Of a stretch of 64,000 nt of DNA, positions 22,560 to 36,092 are shown in pieces. The notes below the pieces were generated by a model, which was given only the letters and a program-made list of their open reading frames with translations, was not told where the DNA came from and ran no database searches. Both the position numbers and the translations under genes were made by a program. How positions within the stretch are numbered: position 1 is the first letter of the stretch; every line of letters starts with the position of its first letter. Origin of the DNA: Gnetum montanum (lineage: Eukaryota > Plantae > Gnetophyta); contig MNCI01002363.1 in NCBI GenBank assembly GCA_015680685.1, positions 235,838-299,837 on the forward strand, given 5' to 3'.

Positions 22560-23400
22560 TTTTGTAATAGATTCTAATGAATGAAAAATTATCATTTTTG
22601 GAAGAAATGCATTAACAATGATGTTAATGCATATGCATGGACATCATCCTAAATTTTAACCTATAAATACACAAGTCACAATAGGTGTATGTAATAGTTT
22701 TAGTTATTTTTAGCTAACATCTTATAGTTTTATTCAATTAATTGTAGAAGTAAGCAAGTATCCACAACTTGTATCTAAGTTAGTTGTTTGAAGTTTTTAT
22801 TTGAGTGGTTATGTTTAGATGTAATCATGTTCAACAATAAAAAAACAAGATTGATTCCTTTACATTATGATACTTTGAGTTAGATTTATTTTACATTTTT
22901 TCACTTTATTTAATGTAATTTAACAATTAATTTTCTCTAACATTTTTAATTACATTTTCATTTGTATTAACAAATTGAAATGAGTACATTGAGACCTCAA
23001 GTGCTAATTAGGATTAACTTAGTTGTTCAATGATGAATCAACTTGGTTTACTTAGTGGTGGATTAGTTTTATTTCCCAATAGTTGATATGTGAATCTAAA
23101 AGTATGAGGTTTGGTTAATGAAGTAGATACTTATCACACTACAACTTTAATTTTAGTCTTATTATTTAGTTTATATTATTCTCTATTTTTAGTAATTTTC
23201 TACTTTGAGAAAAATGGATCATATAACATCATCAATAATATGTCTTGGCCATGTTTAATTATACACTATAAGCCTAATACAAGTACATCTGAAAATATGG
23301 TGACTTATTATTATGATAGAGTCTACTACATATGCTTATATATTGATATGGTTAGGCATGGAAAATTCTCACCACTCATCATTTGACACTATTACTAGGA
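22560..23400 (+). repeat. Old Athila-like family 5' LTR plus degenerate PBS (left end uncertain)
   Basis: CCTATAAATA near 22660. Ends CTCACCACTCATCA (23381), as does LTR 29900-30673, then TTTGACACTATTACTAGGA. Confidence 0.6.
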
Positions 23401-24948
23401 AAGAAATTAAGTATCTAGTAGTTGTGATTATACATTATTATTACAATAGTTAATACTAGTTTATCTTTTTTGTATCATTTCTATATTGATAAAAGAACCC
23501 ACATATATAATTGTTAAATATAGCTACCTCTCATAGGTAAGAAATCCCACTCTAACTAGGAATGATAATTGAATCTAGAACAATGAGCATGAGCATTAAA
23601 AAGTACAATAAAAAGATTTGAATTACGTTGACTCATGATAATCCAATTTATCCTAATCATATATTTTTCCCCACTAAGATAAGCAAAACCAATGGAGGGA
23701 TGCATACGGTAATTTTTTTATGCATCCAAAAATATTAGTTTTTTTCCTACTTCAACTAGCACCAATGAGGATTGGGATGGATCATATAATAGGAAGCTAC
23801 CATTTGAATAAGAAAATTGTTAGGCCATACATATCTAATGTTGCATAGTGTTGTGTAAATAAGATATTGAACTTACAATGTCAATGTAGAAAAAGTAAGA
23901 AAATCTTATCATCTAAGGGAAATTCAAAATGAGAGAGTGACGAGACTCCCCTATAACAAATCTATCTAAAGGGACCCCTCCAAAATCATGTTTAATCTTA
24001 TTGAAGATGAGCTATGTCATGTCCTTGAATGCTCTTCTTTTGAGGTATACCCATCAAAGATCAAGAGATATCATTAATCTAGGAGGCCTTCTCAGCCAAT
24101 GGGCTCTAGAAGAGAAAGAACTTATGAACATAGGGATCCTAAGAGGAGGTAAAGTTGACATGCCCTATTTGATGACTTATGTTCATCTAATAACTCTAAA
24201 TAAGAATATAGAAGGTTAGAAAGTAGTTTTTTAATAAGATCCTAGTATTTTTTTCATCATTAATCATAATATTTTATATCACTTCTTCACATCAAGTGTT
24301 CTATTACATTGCCTAAGTCATGACAACACACAAACAATTTTAAAATAAGTACATTCTAGTGTATGTGGGGGTTACTTAGGATTTTGATCTTTGATATCTT
24401 GTATTATCTTTCTAGGTTACTGGTGGTCTATAATGTCTAGGGATGTACATATGATAGTTAGCATTTTTGAAATATGTCAACATCCTACTTCACTTATCCA
24501 TGTATCATCTTGGAATATTAGAACTTTATAATTTGTATGGCCCTTCTAGAAATGGGGATTGGATTTCATAGGTTTAATCAATCCTCCATCTTTTACCAAT
24601 CATTATTTTATTTCCTTAAAATATACCACATCTAAGTACCTTTTTCATTTCATCTTGAATCATGTCATCACCTACTTTGGCATTTGCCTTCACATTATCA
24701 CCAACAATGGACCATAGTTCAAGAGTAAAGAAGTTGCCAAATTTTGTGACTAATATCAAATTACCTAGTCATTCTCATTTTCATAATATCCTCAATTCAA
24801 ACATAAAGTTGAATCATCCAACAAATTCCTAATCTTCTTATTTAAAATCATGGTTGACCAATTTTACAGATATTAGCATACCCAACTATTCCACATCCTT
24901 TAGGTCTACTGAACAACCTTTCGTAACATAACCAACTAAACTACATTC

Positions 24949-27575
24949 TGTTGGAACATTTGGCCATTCCATGGAATAGTTGGAATATTATATTTAAAAT
25001 TGGCACAATCCCTGGTTGTAAATTTGTAGCTTTAGTATTATGATTTGATGGGTATTTTTGGAGAAACATCCACTAGTAAATAATTTTGATGTTGAGGCCT
25101 TCTTGGAAAGCAAGATTAAAATGCCTTTATTGAAGATTAGAATAGCAAACAAAGGATGAAATTATTTACCGAAAAAAGCATACTCCCTACTAATGTTGGA
25201 TAATGGATTATTAAGGTCCACTTAAGAGTCAGAAGCATGTGGAAGATCTAATGAATGGATTACCAATAGGTTTTGAATTTCATTCGGTAAATTTCATTAA
25301 CAAAGGATGAGAAGGTTTCTGTTGCAGATGAACCCGAATAACGTTGCAGAAATACAGAAAATTTGAAACATAAAACTGAATGCTGTGGTTTTAAGCTTTT
25401 GGTCATCACTGGAGAATACGTTGTTTGGTACCTACTCCGAATCGCGCCCACACATCGGCCGAATCTGCATCGCTAGATGCAGCCGCAGTTGGCCCATCGG
25501 AGACTGAGAATAGCAAGCCCGAGTTCATGGAGCACGTGGAGGCCCTTTTCCATGACTACGCTGTATTAAGAGGGTTTTTTTTTATTTTTGGTAGTAATCG
25601 CGTATGGGTTGTGTAGGAAGAACTCAAGCCAATCAAGGGCAGAGCGCAGCGTGCTCGTTTTTGATTTCAGCGGTGACACCTACGGCTTGTTCAAAATCAT
25701 TTGAAAAATGGATTTCAAAAGAACAGACACCTTTTTCTCACGATAAACAAGTTTGGGTTTCTTTCTGTAACAGCAGCTAATGCCTCAAAATCCCTGGTGG
25801 ACGTTGCTTGAAGGATCTATATTAAATGTTGAAAGAAAACTTCATAAGCCAGAAATTTTACCAATTGCCACAGATGGACGCTATGTACAGAAGGCAGTGA
25901 AAATATACGAATTTTCTCTACTCAAGAATATAAAACACCTTGCAAAATTTCTATATAATCATCAAAATCGGAAGAGCACTTGTGAGAGGCGAAGGTTAGA
26001 ACGGTTGTAGAATCTTATGGGACACAGGGCAACATTTCCTAATGTGGTGGCTGAGCCTTCTCCCATGATGGTAGTTGTTGGTAATGATTTTTGGCAGGGC
26101 AAGATAATTTGAATTAGTTGTTGGTAGTTACAGGATTAGTGCCTTCACATTCGGACTCATATTTCGAGCCATCACTAAATTTAAATTTCTATTTCCAAGG
26201 TACAGGAAAAGATAAATTATTTTATAANNNNNNNNNNNNNNNNNNNNNNNNNNNNNNNNNNNNNNNNNNNNNNNNNNNNNNNNNNNNNNNNNNNNNNNNN
26301 NNNNNNNNNNNNNNNNNNNNNNNNNNNNNNNNNNNNNNNNNNNNNNNNNNNNNNNNNNNNNNNNNNNNNNNNNNNNNNNNNNNNNNNNNNNNNNNNNNNN
26401 NNNNNNNNNNNNNNNNNNNNNNNNNNNNNNNNNNNNNNNNNNNNNNNNNNNNNNNNNNNNNNNNNNNNNNNNNNNNNNNNNNNNNNNNNNNNNNNNNNNN
26501 NNNNNNNNNNNNNNNNNNNNNNNNNNNNNNNNNNNNNNNNNNNNNNNNNNNNNNNNNNNNNNNNNNNNNNNNNNNNNNNNNNNNNNNNNNNNNNNNNNNN
26601 NNNNNNNNNNNNNNNNNNNNNNNNNNNNNNNNNNNNNNNNNNNNNNNNNNNNNNNNNNNNNNNNNNNNNNNNNNNNNNNNNNNNNNNNNNNNNNNNNNNN
26701 NNNNNNNNNNNNNNNNNNNTATAGGAACTGCTATTGGGATTGTTGTAAGAGAGCCTCTGCTTGTAGTCATGCTGTTGAACAATTCAGTAGTCGAGAGGGT
26801 TCAACAAATCTTTGGTATTTTGGTGGGACCAGAATAGCTTCTTTTTATTTTTAAAGTGAATTTCCATGGTATTTCAATTGGAAATTGTCAAGTCTTTCAA
26901 AGGTTTTGTTTGAATGCAATCGTTGACATCGTTTATCTAGTCAAAATGGAGTCTCGTACGTGGTAGTTTACGCAGCAATTTTTGGTAGCATAGTAGGATT
27001 GTCTTGAAGAAATTACTTATTTGAGCCTTGGAAGTTTGAACAATTCATAGATATTGAATTTGGAATAGCTTTATTACGAGGTGTTTACTCGTGTCATTTT
27101 ATCTTGTTTAAATATTTGAGGTCTACACAAATCTGCTTTTTTTTGTTTTCTGTCTATTTCCATCGAATCTTGCTCTATTTCTAGTTTTCTTGTGGAACTA
27201 TCTCTTTCTCTGGGGAAAATTAGGAGTAGATTTGTGGAGTTGTGCTCAAATGTTTTTACAAAATTTTATTTGTTACAAGTAGGTATTATAAGGACCGCAT
27301 AGACTAGGCAGTCGAAAAAAATAGGAAACTTTCAACAACTCACAGTACTTGGCAAAGTTGGCTGAATCTCTTTAAAGTAAGTCATTTGTAGTTTACACAC
27401 AACACAATCGTTACATTTCACACAACCGCACGCCGCAACAGCACACACACATACTCACATTAACTACTAAGTTTATTTGGAGGTATCTGGGCCTTGGTGT
27501 TGCCAGAGACCAGCAGGCACCTAAATCCTGTTCGAGGACACTCATTGGCGGTCACGTCCCAAACTGTCGCCAACA
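24949..27575 (+). mobile_element. Solo LTR A (TGTTGG...CCAACA) with 5-bp TSD CATTC; contains an assembly gap
   Basis: CATTC at 24944-24948 and 27576-27580. The 3' 850 bp are highly similar to 42460-43309. Confidence 0.92.
26228..26719. other. Assembly gap (N run)
   Basis: 492 N. Confidence 1.
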
Positions 27576-28240
27576 CATTCTTGCTAACTTATGAGCCTAA
27601 AGCTGGTGGAATTGGATGTATCTTCTCTTTGAGCAACCTTGAATAATTGGATAAAAAACAAAGAGAATGGAAAAATGCATTATGTTGATCTAGATATACT
27701 TGAAGAGGATAGAAAGAAAGTAGTGGTTAATATTTAGAATCGTTAAAAAGCTATACAACATCACCATGACAAGAAAGTTCAATTGAGAGAAATCAAAGAA
27801 GGAGATCTTATCTTTTGACATTTTCCAAATGCCAAACCTTCCAAGTTTTCTCCAAATTGGCAAGACTCTTAACTCATGGTAAAAAGCCTTGTTAATGAAA
27901 TGTATTATCTAGTGAACTTAACTAGAAATTAGTATCTAAATCCTTGTCCCAAGTCTCACATTGTGGAGAAGGGTGATGACATAAACCAAAGAGGTAAAGC
28001 CTCCTTCACAAGCCTACATATCATTGTAATGAGATTCATAAGAAATCATAGTCATGTAATTATTTGGTGATTATTAAAATAACATAGAAACCATAAAGAT
28101 ATCTACACACTACCAACCCTCATTCCAAAGAAAAACAAATTTTGATCCATGAACAAGACATGTTTTCTTATAGTTGAGACATCATTATATTTTTCTAGAA
28201 ATCTTCTAATGTATCATGTTAACTCTTCTAATATACCATG

Positions 28241-29000
28241 TTGACTATATGTCTTAGGATGTACTTATATTTAAATTATTTTAAATTATAATATCTCTTT
28301 TCCATTTTTGAAAGAAAATGTTTTATTTCTTTCCACATGAACTTGATATATGTTAAAATCTCATTTGAATAAGATATAGATTTTGAAACTAGAGATTATC
28401 CTTTATATAATATTGGAAAGCATAGACACTAAAAACAACAAGAAATAAGTAAAGAAATAGAAAAATAATTATGGTTCCAAATTATATTTTCATATTTTCA
28501 ATATGACTATCATCATCTTAATCTTATCACAATAAAATGGGTTTGGCTACATAAGTTTTCTTTTTCATCATTCAGATCTATGAAGAGCTAGATCTTTATT
28601 TATTTGTAATTTCTTTAGATTATCTTTAATTGTTTTCTCTAAATTTACCTACACCCATGCCTAATGTGAGAACCATTATCCAATTTTCACAACATTTGGG
28701 TAATGATGTTGTGCATTATTTTTGGAATCCCTAGTAAGGTCTTATTCTTTTATATTTTGTAATCTTAAAATTGCAAAATGTAGTGCTAAGTGCACATGTC
28801 TAGTAAGGTAATTTTGACTATGTATCTTAGGATCTACCTATAGTTAAATTATTTTGGATTCCAATAACTTCTTCCATTTTTCAAAAGAGAAAGTATTATT
28901 TCTTTACACATAAACATATTATATGTTAAATGGTGAATAGGATATATATTTTGAAATTGGAGGTTGTCATTTACAGGACACTACAATGTATAGATACAAG
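28241..29000 (+). repeat. Degenerate ~190-bp direct repeat (28241-28430 and 28813-29000)
   Basis: Both copies begin TTGACTAT..TCTTAGGAT and share TATATGTTAAA..GAATA.GATATA.ATTTTGAAA. Confidence 0.7.
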
Positions 29001-29294
29001 AGAAAACATAACATCTCATGCATCCAACCCAACCCAAACTAAGCTTAGATAAGGAGTGAAAGCTAATGTAATATTAGAAAGTATATAATGCAAGTAGAAG
29101 TAGATTATAAAAACATAATGGAAGATGATATATCACTTCATAACATCTCACCTAAAACCAAAGAATAGAGCGTACACATCTTAAAAACACCACTGATATA
29201 TTAAGGGCTACTAAAACCACCTAAAATAATCGTAATATAGGTATACCCAAAGATATATGATTTGATTATAACTTTATAACTTAGAATTACCTAC

Positions 29295-29350
29295 CAAAAT
29301 CAAGTTCATGACTTGGAGCATTCAAATCAAGAGGCTTACCACTAGGCTAA
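29295..29350 (-). other. Degenerate tRNA-derived SINE-like head
   Basis: Minus strand TAGCCTAGTGGTAAG (A box); B box decayed. Confidence 0.3.
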
Positions 29351-29899
29351 CACTTCATTATTTAAACATCACTGATATATATATATATAAAGGTTAATAG
29401 GTCTAGATAGCATAAACATAACCATCTATCAAGCAGGAACTAAATCTAACTATCGATGTTATTAATGCAAAGGATAAGAATTCATATATATTATTTGAAC
29501 ACTGTAGAATAAATATCTATGGCTTAAAGGTTATCCATAGCTCAAAAATATACATCTCCCTAGTAAAGATTCTCATAAGAAGAAAGATAAAAATAACAAT
29601 TAAGCCTTCATCACATTTTCTTGTTCTATTCATTTTTAAAAATCTTGACTTCATCATTTGGATAAAATAGGGTTCAATACAAGATTAAGTGGAACCCTAT
29701 ACACATTCCTTGTGGATAGAAGTTCAATGTTATGTTAGAAGAGGTATGTGGGTTAACATGAGCAACCTACATTAGTATCAATAATTTTCCATGCATATTA
29801 TCATAACATATGCACATCCATAACATCAAGAAATAATTTCAATTACATGTATTCAAGACCTCATCTAACTCAAATTTACTAACTATCAAGCAAGCATAT

Positions 29900-30673
29900 T
29901 AATGAAACACATTTTCTAGTTGCTACGATGTTGGGTATCTGACATTAGGGGGTATACAATGGCCTATAAATATAGTGCCTAGACTCTTGATTTGAAATTA
30001 GTTTTTGCAGTTTTTAGTCAGAGTAGTGAAGCTCTTGTAGCTTATTTTCTCTAGAGTTAAAATATTTTCTGAGTGCCTACAGCAAGAGTCTAAGTGTGTA
30101 TGAATCTTTGTTTGAGCACTGATCTACCTAAGCACAATGGTGTGACGAGAATAAAAATGAACTCTTTTGACAATCCTTGTAGCACTAAGAATAGATTAAT
30201 GTTTCCTTTAATGCACTTTACTTTAATGCATTTCAATTAAGAAATTAATTTCTAGTTGTTAATGAACATGAGCATGACCACTTTGAGCATACATATAGTA
30301 TTTGGTAACCTAGCAATGCTTAACGTTTGGTAGCCTAGTAGCACTATATGTGTTCAAGATGTGTCTAGGAAAGTGGGGTGGTTACTTGTGTTAGGCTACT
30401 TTAGGTCTTCTTTTCCACTATTCATTAGCTTAGTTAATTTATCTCTTTATCATCATTAGAAGTAGCATAGAATTAGACAACATCATATGCCTCACTTTGG
30501 ACTAAACCACACGTGAAAAAGCTACCACTTGTCCAAGTGGGAAGATAGCGAACTATGATCAAAGCATAATGATTGAGATACCACAACTAGTTCCATCCAT
30601 GGAATTCAACTGGATCATGTGTAAACACTTGTGATTTGTATGGTTGGGCATAGGGGTACCTCACCACTCATCA
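29900..30673 (+). repeat. 5' LTR
   Basis: Colinear with 35260-36092; TATAAATA near 29965. Confidence 0.92.
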
Positions 30674-30799
30674 TTAGCATTGTTACTGAGGATGTTGCTA
30701 GTTATCTAGATTAGTTATATTATACATGATAGCTATAAAGGTATTAATGATATATCTTTTAGAAACTATTAACTCACACACATCATAAACCAACAACAA

Positions 30800-32300
30800 T
30801 GTCTCTCTCACATGGAAATGACAATGCACTATATGACAAACAAATTCATTAGAGAAATAACATGATATACAATGAAGAAAATTGGAGAGACCAACCTTAA
30901 GCAGGGGTTTCTTATGATAATGATCACCCTATCAATACTCAAAGACTACATTCACCTAAGGTAGACAATCTTGAAGAAGATGATGTAGGTCCTGAACTAG
31001 GTGAGGCCTCAAGGCCTAAGGCCTCCTCGAAAACCAAAAATAATAGATTAAAGGATCCTGAGGAATACCATAGAAGCCATGGAAATCCTTCTAGTTCCTC
31101 ATCTTCCTCTTCATCCTCAATGTCTAGTTTTGACAAAGATGAGTGTAGGTATGGAGAGAAAATTCCACTAAAGAGTCAGGCTAAAAATAGAAATCAAACA
31201 CGTGGAAAAAACCAAAGTCATCATGAACATAGACAACATCATCATGATCAAATGTGTAGAGATAGAAATTTCCCTCACAACTTGTTTGATGACGATGAAC
31301 CCAATTTGGCCACTAAGAGCCTAATGCATATCATAGTGGTCATTAAGATATCTCACAAAAATTGCAAAAAGAGTTGTTTATCCAAGTTGGACATGAATAA
31401 TATTCCTAAATTTATAGGAGGCTCTGATTCATATCCACAACATCATTTACAAGCCTTCCATGATGCTTGTGCCTTCTACAACATTGAAAGTGGATGGCAA
31501 ACGCTTAAGCTCTTTCCTACAACACTAATTGATAAAGCCAGAGTGTGGTATAGATTGTTGAGACCAATCTCAATCCGATGATGATCTATGATGTTGGAAC
31601 TATTCCATGAGGAGTACCAAACATATGCAAGGGTGACCAATTTGAGAAGATAGATCCAAGAGTGGAAGCAAGAACAACATGAACCTTTGGACATGGCCTT
31701 AGATAGATATTATGCCTTATTGAATAGATGCCCAAGCCATGGTTTCTCCTAGGAAAGGAAACTTTTCCACATCATAGATGGGCTTCATAATGAAACATGA
31801 GAGACCCTTGAGATGTATGCCCCAGGGCAATTATACAAGCTCCAAGACCATCAAATCAAAGAGCTAATAGAGCATGTGGCAAAAGAAGAATGAGAGATAT
31901 GTAAATGGGAGAATGTCAAGAAATGTCAATGGGATCCAACTCTTCAATTGAAGGAGGTCTAGATTTATGGCAAGAAAAATGAAACTACTCTCGATAAGGT
32001 GATTCCATAACAAACCTTTCCAATACAGAAAACTATTGATGAACTAGAAGTAAAGTTTAATAGGATGTCCAAATGGATATGTGAAAATGTTTCAACTCTC
32101 ATTGATATGGTCAAGGAGAGAATCATGGAAAATAAGACTGGCGATCATACTACAGAAATAAGAAGTAGCTAGGAACACTTTTTGGCAAATGGGAAAAATG
32201 GCTAAAGAAAATGAGGCTATAGACTCAACTATAGATGAAGATAATGGATGCAAAATTTTCATATATGACCATCTGAATGCCATTTCCCAGTCTTGTTGCA
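30800..32300 (+). pseudogene. gag (Retrotrans_gag-like), degenerate
   Basis: IPKFIGGSDSYPQHHLQAF...LKLFPTTLIDKARVWY, then LLNRCPSHGFS (Athila-like CPxHG). Confidence 0.85.
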
Positions 32301-33845
32301 TCTACAAGAGTATTGGATAGGCATCTTAAATCCAAAGTTTGTGCAAAATCACATGCCTAAGAGATTTCCTCTTCCACAAGGTAATTATAGATAGTTCCAC
32401 AACTGATCATACTAGCCTAGGGGAACTTATTACCAGCCTTAACATAGTTATCAAGTGTAGTGGAAACAACCATAGTTGTTGGGGAAGCCACACCCAAATT
32501 AGTCATATCTACCGAAACTACATGGGTATTATGTTCAACATCCTATTTCTCCAACTAGTTCTACATCCTCTGCTTCAAATCGCCACTACCACTCTCATGA
32601 GTACCATCAACTCATGACATCCCTTGAAGGATCACCACCTTCCACCTCTTATCATCCATCCTACCCTCAATATTCTCATACTTTGCCTTATTATATGCCA
32701 CCACTAGCAACACACGAAGGTTTAGCATCCTAATATCAACAAACGAATGCCACTTGTGCTACAAATGTGCATAAACATGATGACACCGGTGGGTCTTAGC
32801 TACAATGTAGGAAATGTTCCTTTTGGAGGAAAGGCTGTAAGCCAAAGCAGATCACCCATGTATCCACCATAGCATTTGAGCCAACACAATGCTAATCTAG
32901 TGCACCACATTCCTTGTCTCAACCAACATTCTTTGATCATACACAAGGGCCATCATCCATCGATACTCCAATCCCAAATCCAACCAATGAATCTACAAGT
33001 GTGGGAAGGCAAATACATCCATGCATACCACCTCATGATCAAGGGCACAGTTGTGGGCTAGTCATCCATAATGTTAACACACCTCATATCCTAATCCACC
33101 ATACATATAATAATCAGCTATGTGACCAACAATTTTTCTACTCAACTGCCACACTACAAACAAACACCCAGTGGTTGGGGTATGAATGGTTACTAATGAT
33201 TCATACATGCATGGATCCTATTTATCCACTTATTAATCCTTATCATGGAAAAATGTTTAGTTATGGGGGTTATCCCCCATTCTCATCCTTTTATTTTACA
33301 ACTTTTTGTTTTCATGTATTTAATCTTTTTTAACTTTTGTTTTGCACCATCGTTAGTATATTTTTGTACCATTGTTAGTATATTTGATATTTCTTGAAAA
33401 TTTTACACTTTTATATTTTCTTATATTTTATTTTTGGTGTGATTTTCTACCATTTTATTAATAAGTGCCAAGTACAGTGGTAATGTGTTCCTTGATGGTG
33501 GTATGTACTATTTTTGTTATTTGATTTTCGTTGTCTAGTTTCTGGCTTTGAATTTTGTTATGAATGATTAAGACATGGTTTCTTTTTCATGTAATAAGTA
33601 GTGAGTCCACAACATACATCCACCCACAAACTCTATGGTTTTCCTTATGTGTAGTCCCTTTTTCATTAACACAGCTTTAATAAATCTATGACTTTGGTAG
33701 TTTCTAGAATTGGAAAGGATTCAAAGGTTTGAACAAGATGTGGCTTTAAGGGGATTCAATATTCTTTGTGCCTTCCTGTTTGCTTGGGTGCATGTGTGTT
33801 TTCATGGATTTCTTACCATTCCATGTCAGCCAATAATAGGAAGTT

Positions 33846-34082
33846 GAATGTGTCCTTACATGGTGTGGTTCTCATTAGAAAAAAATGATGAGAATTCAAA
33901 GCAAACCCCTTGGACAAAATAAATGCATGTGTCCTTGCATGGTGTGGTTCTCATAAAAAAACAATGAGAATTCAAAGCACACCTCTTGGACAGAATGAAT
34001 ACATGTGTATTTGCATGGTGTGGTTCCCATTTGAAAAAATAAATAATAGAAATTCAAGGCACACCCCTTAGATAGAATAAAT
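33846..34082 (+). repeat. Tandem repeat, 3 x ~79 bp, in the 3' non-coding region
   Basis: CATGGTGTGGTTCTCAT...GAGAATTCAAAGCA..CC.CTTGGACA three times. Confidence 0.85.
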
Positions 34083-35259
34083 GGGCTATAAGCACTGGTT
34101 ATGGGACTAGTCTCCTCTAACTAGGGTCCTTCCTCACTTCCTACTTCTTCTCTAATAAGAAATGGTTGTTGTTCTATGGGAGCACTCTTGTGTCTCACGG
34201 TATGGACTAGTCTTAGAATGATGGTGTGAAGTCACTAAATGTGGTTGGTTTTGGTTTGGACTAAGGATGGATCCTATCAAGTCATTTAACCACAAAATTC
34301 ACAAGGGGCTTCATGTGACCTTAATTAGGAACTCCATTCCACTCTCTGTCTCGTCCATCTATGCTTTTTGTATCTAACCTCATTGTTGGTTTCATGTTCT
34401 GGTTTGATGTCCTATTTTGTTGTGTCATAATTCTTAGTTAGTTTCTTTTGGTTTTTTTTTACTTAACTTTTGTAATCATTAATCATCCACGAAGCCCATG
34501 GACTCTTTGGTTTGAAGTTATGCAAGGGCATAAGACGCTTGTGCCTGCTTTGGGGAGGACCCACTTGCATATCTTTTGGTTGGATTAGTTAAGTGCTTTA
34601 CCCTTAGACACTCTTACAATTAAATTCTTCTTGTTTACCCCATCACTAACATCCAAATATCTTCACAAAATTTTTTAGTGTACTTTCCTTTTTATTATTT
34701 TCAATTCTTACACCCTCTTCAAATATTTTCTTGTGTCAAAATTTTTCAATTTAATGGACTGCTTATTTATTTTACCCTATTTGTCAGCCATCCTGCTAAT
34801 ACTACTAAAGGAATCAATCTATCATAATCACAACTTAGCTAATTGTAACTGCTAACAAGACAAGGAATTTAACAACTATGTCTTACACATTACATACTAG
34901 TTCATGATTTTGTTGTGATTGCAATGGGCAGCATGGATTGGAAGTAGGACTATCTTCGCTAAGGATGATGTAGTAGTATTACACAATGAGGATGATTCAT
35001 GATCATTGGATCTTCTCTCTCATTCACCTACTGCCAATAGGTGTTGGATGTTAGTGTTATCTAGGGTGTTCACTTCCTTATCATGAACACCCAATTTTGT
35101 AAAAGTTGTAATTTCATACACTTGGGCACTTAGAGTCTGTTGGTTCATTTGAGTCAGTTTGTATGTCAATTGATAATTCCATACCTACCCAATATTTTGC
35201 AAAGAACTTGTTTCTCATCTTTACACTCAATGATGAGTTTTCATTCAATCATGGTGATA

Positions 35260-36092
35260 TGATGAAACATGTTTTCTAGTCACTGCAACATTGGGTATCT
35301 GATGTTGGGGTTGCAACGTCAGCTACACATTGTTGGCATCTAGATGCGATGTTGGGTATCTTACATTGGGGGGTATATGCTAGCCTATAAATATAGCGCA
35401 TGGGTTCCCGATTTGAAATTAATTTTTGTAGTTTTTAGTCAAATTAGTGAAGCTCTTGTAGTTTATTTTCTCTATAGTTACAATATTTTCTGAGTGCCCG
35501 TAGTAGAAGTCTAAGTGTGTATGGATCTTTGTTTGAACACTGATGTACTTGAGTGCAGCAATGTGACAGGAAAAAAATGAACTCTTTTGACAATCCTTAC
35601 AACACTTAGAATAGATTAATGTTTCCTTTAATACACTTTACTTTAATGAATTTCAATTAAGCAATTAATTTCCAATTGTTAATGAACATGAGCATGACCA
35701 CTTTGAGCATACATATGGTGTTTGGTAGCCCAACAAAGCTTAACGTTTGGTAGCCCAGTAGCACTATATGTGTTTAGGATGTATCCAAGAAAGTGGGGTG
35801 GTTACTTGTGTTATGCTAGTTTAGGTCTTATTTTCCACTATTCATTAGCTTAGTTAATTTATCTCTTTATCATAATTAGAAGTAGCATAGAATTAGACAA
35901 CATCATATGCCTCACTTTGAACTAAGCCATACATGACAAAGCTACCACTTGTCCAAGTGGGAAGATAGCGACTGTTATCAGAGCATAATGATCTAGATAC
36001 CTCAACTAGTTCCATCCATGGAATTCAACTAGATCATGTGTGAATGCTTGTGATTCGTATGGTTGGTCATAGGGATACCTCATCGCTCATCA
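35260..36092 (+). repeat. 3' LTR
   Basis: TGATGA...TCATCA, with extra GATGTTGGGTATCT-type units relative to the 5' LTR. Confidence 0.92.

Larger units (their letters stand above)
24340..27770 (+). pseudogene. Tat-like integrase fragment split by the solo LTR at 24949-27575
   Basis: VHSSVCGG, GYWW, WPF*KWGLDFIGLINP, IITNNGP*F. The reading resumes after the LTR with LLTYEPKA...LDILEEDR. Confidence 0.78.
29900..36092 (+). mobile_element. Complete non-autonomous gag-only LTR element, Athila-like, with TSD CATAT
   Basis: LTRs at 29900-30673 and 35260-36092, CATAT on both flanks, decayed tRNA-Asp-type PBS at 30674-30692, gag only, no RT or IN motifs. Confidence 0.9.

Noticed and set aside
26118-26837. 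Long ORFs 26118..26837 and 26222..26782
   Set aside because: Artefacts of translation through the N gap.
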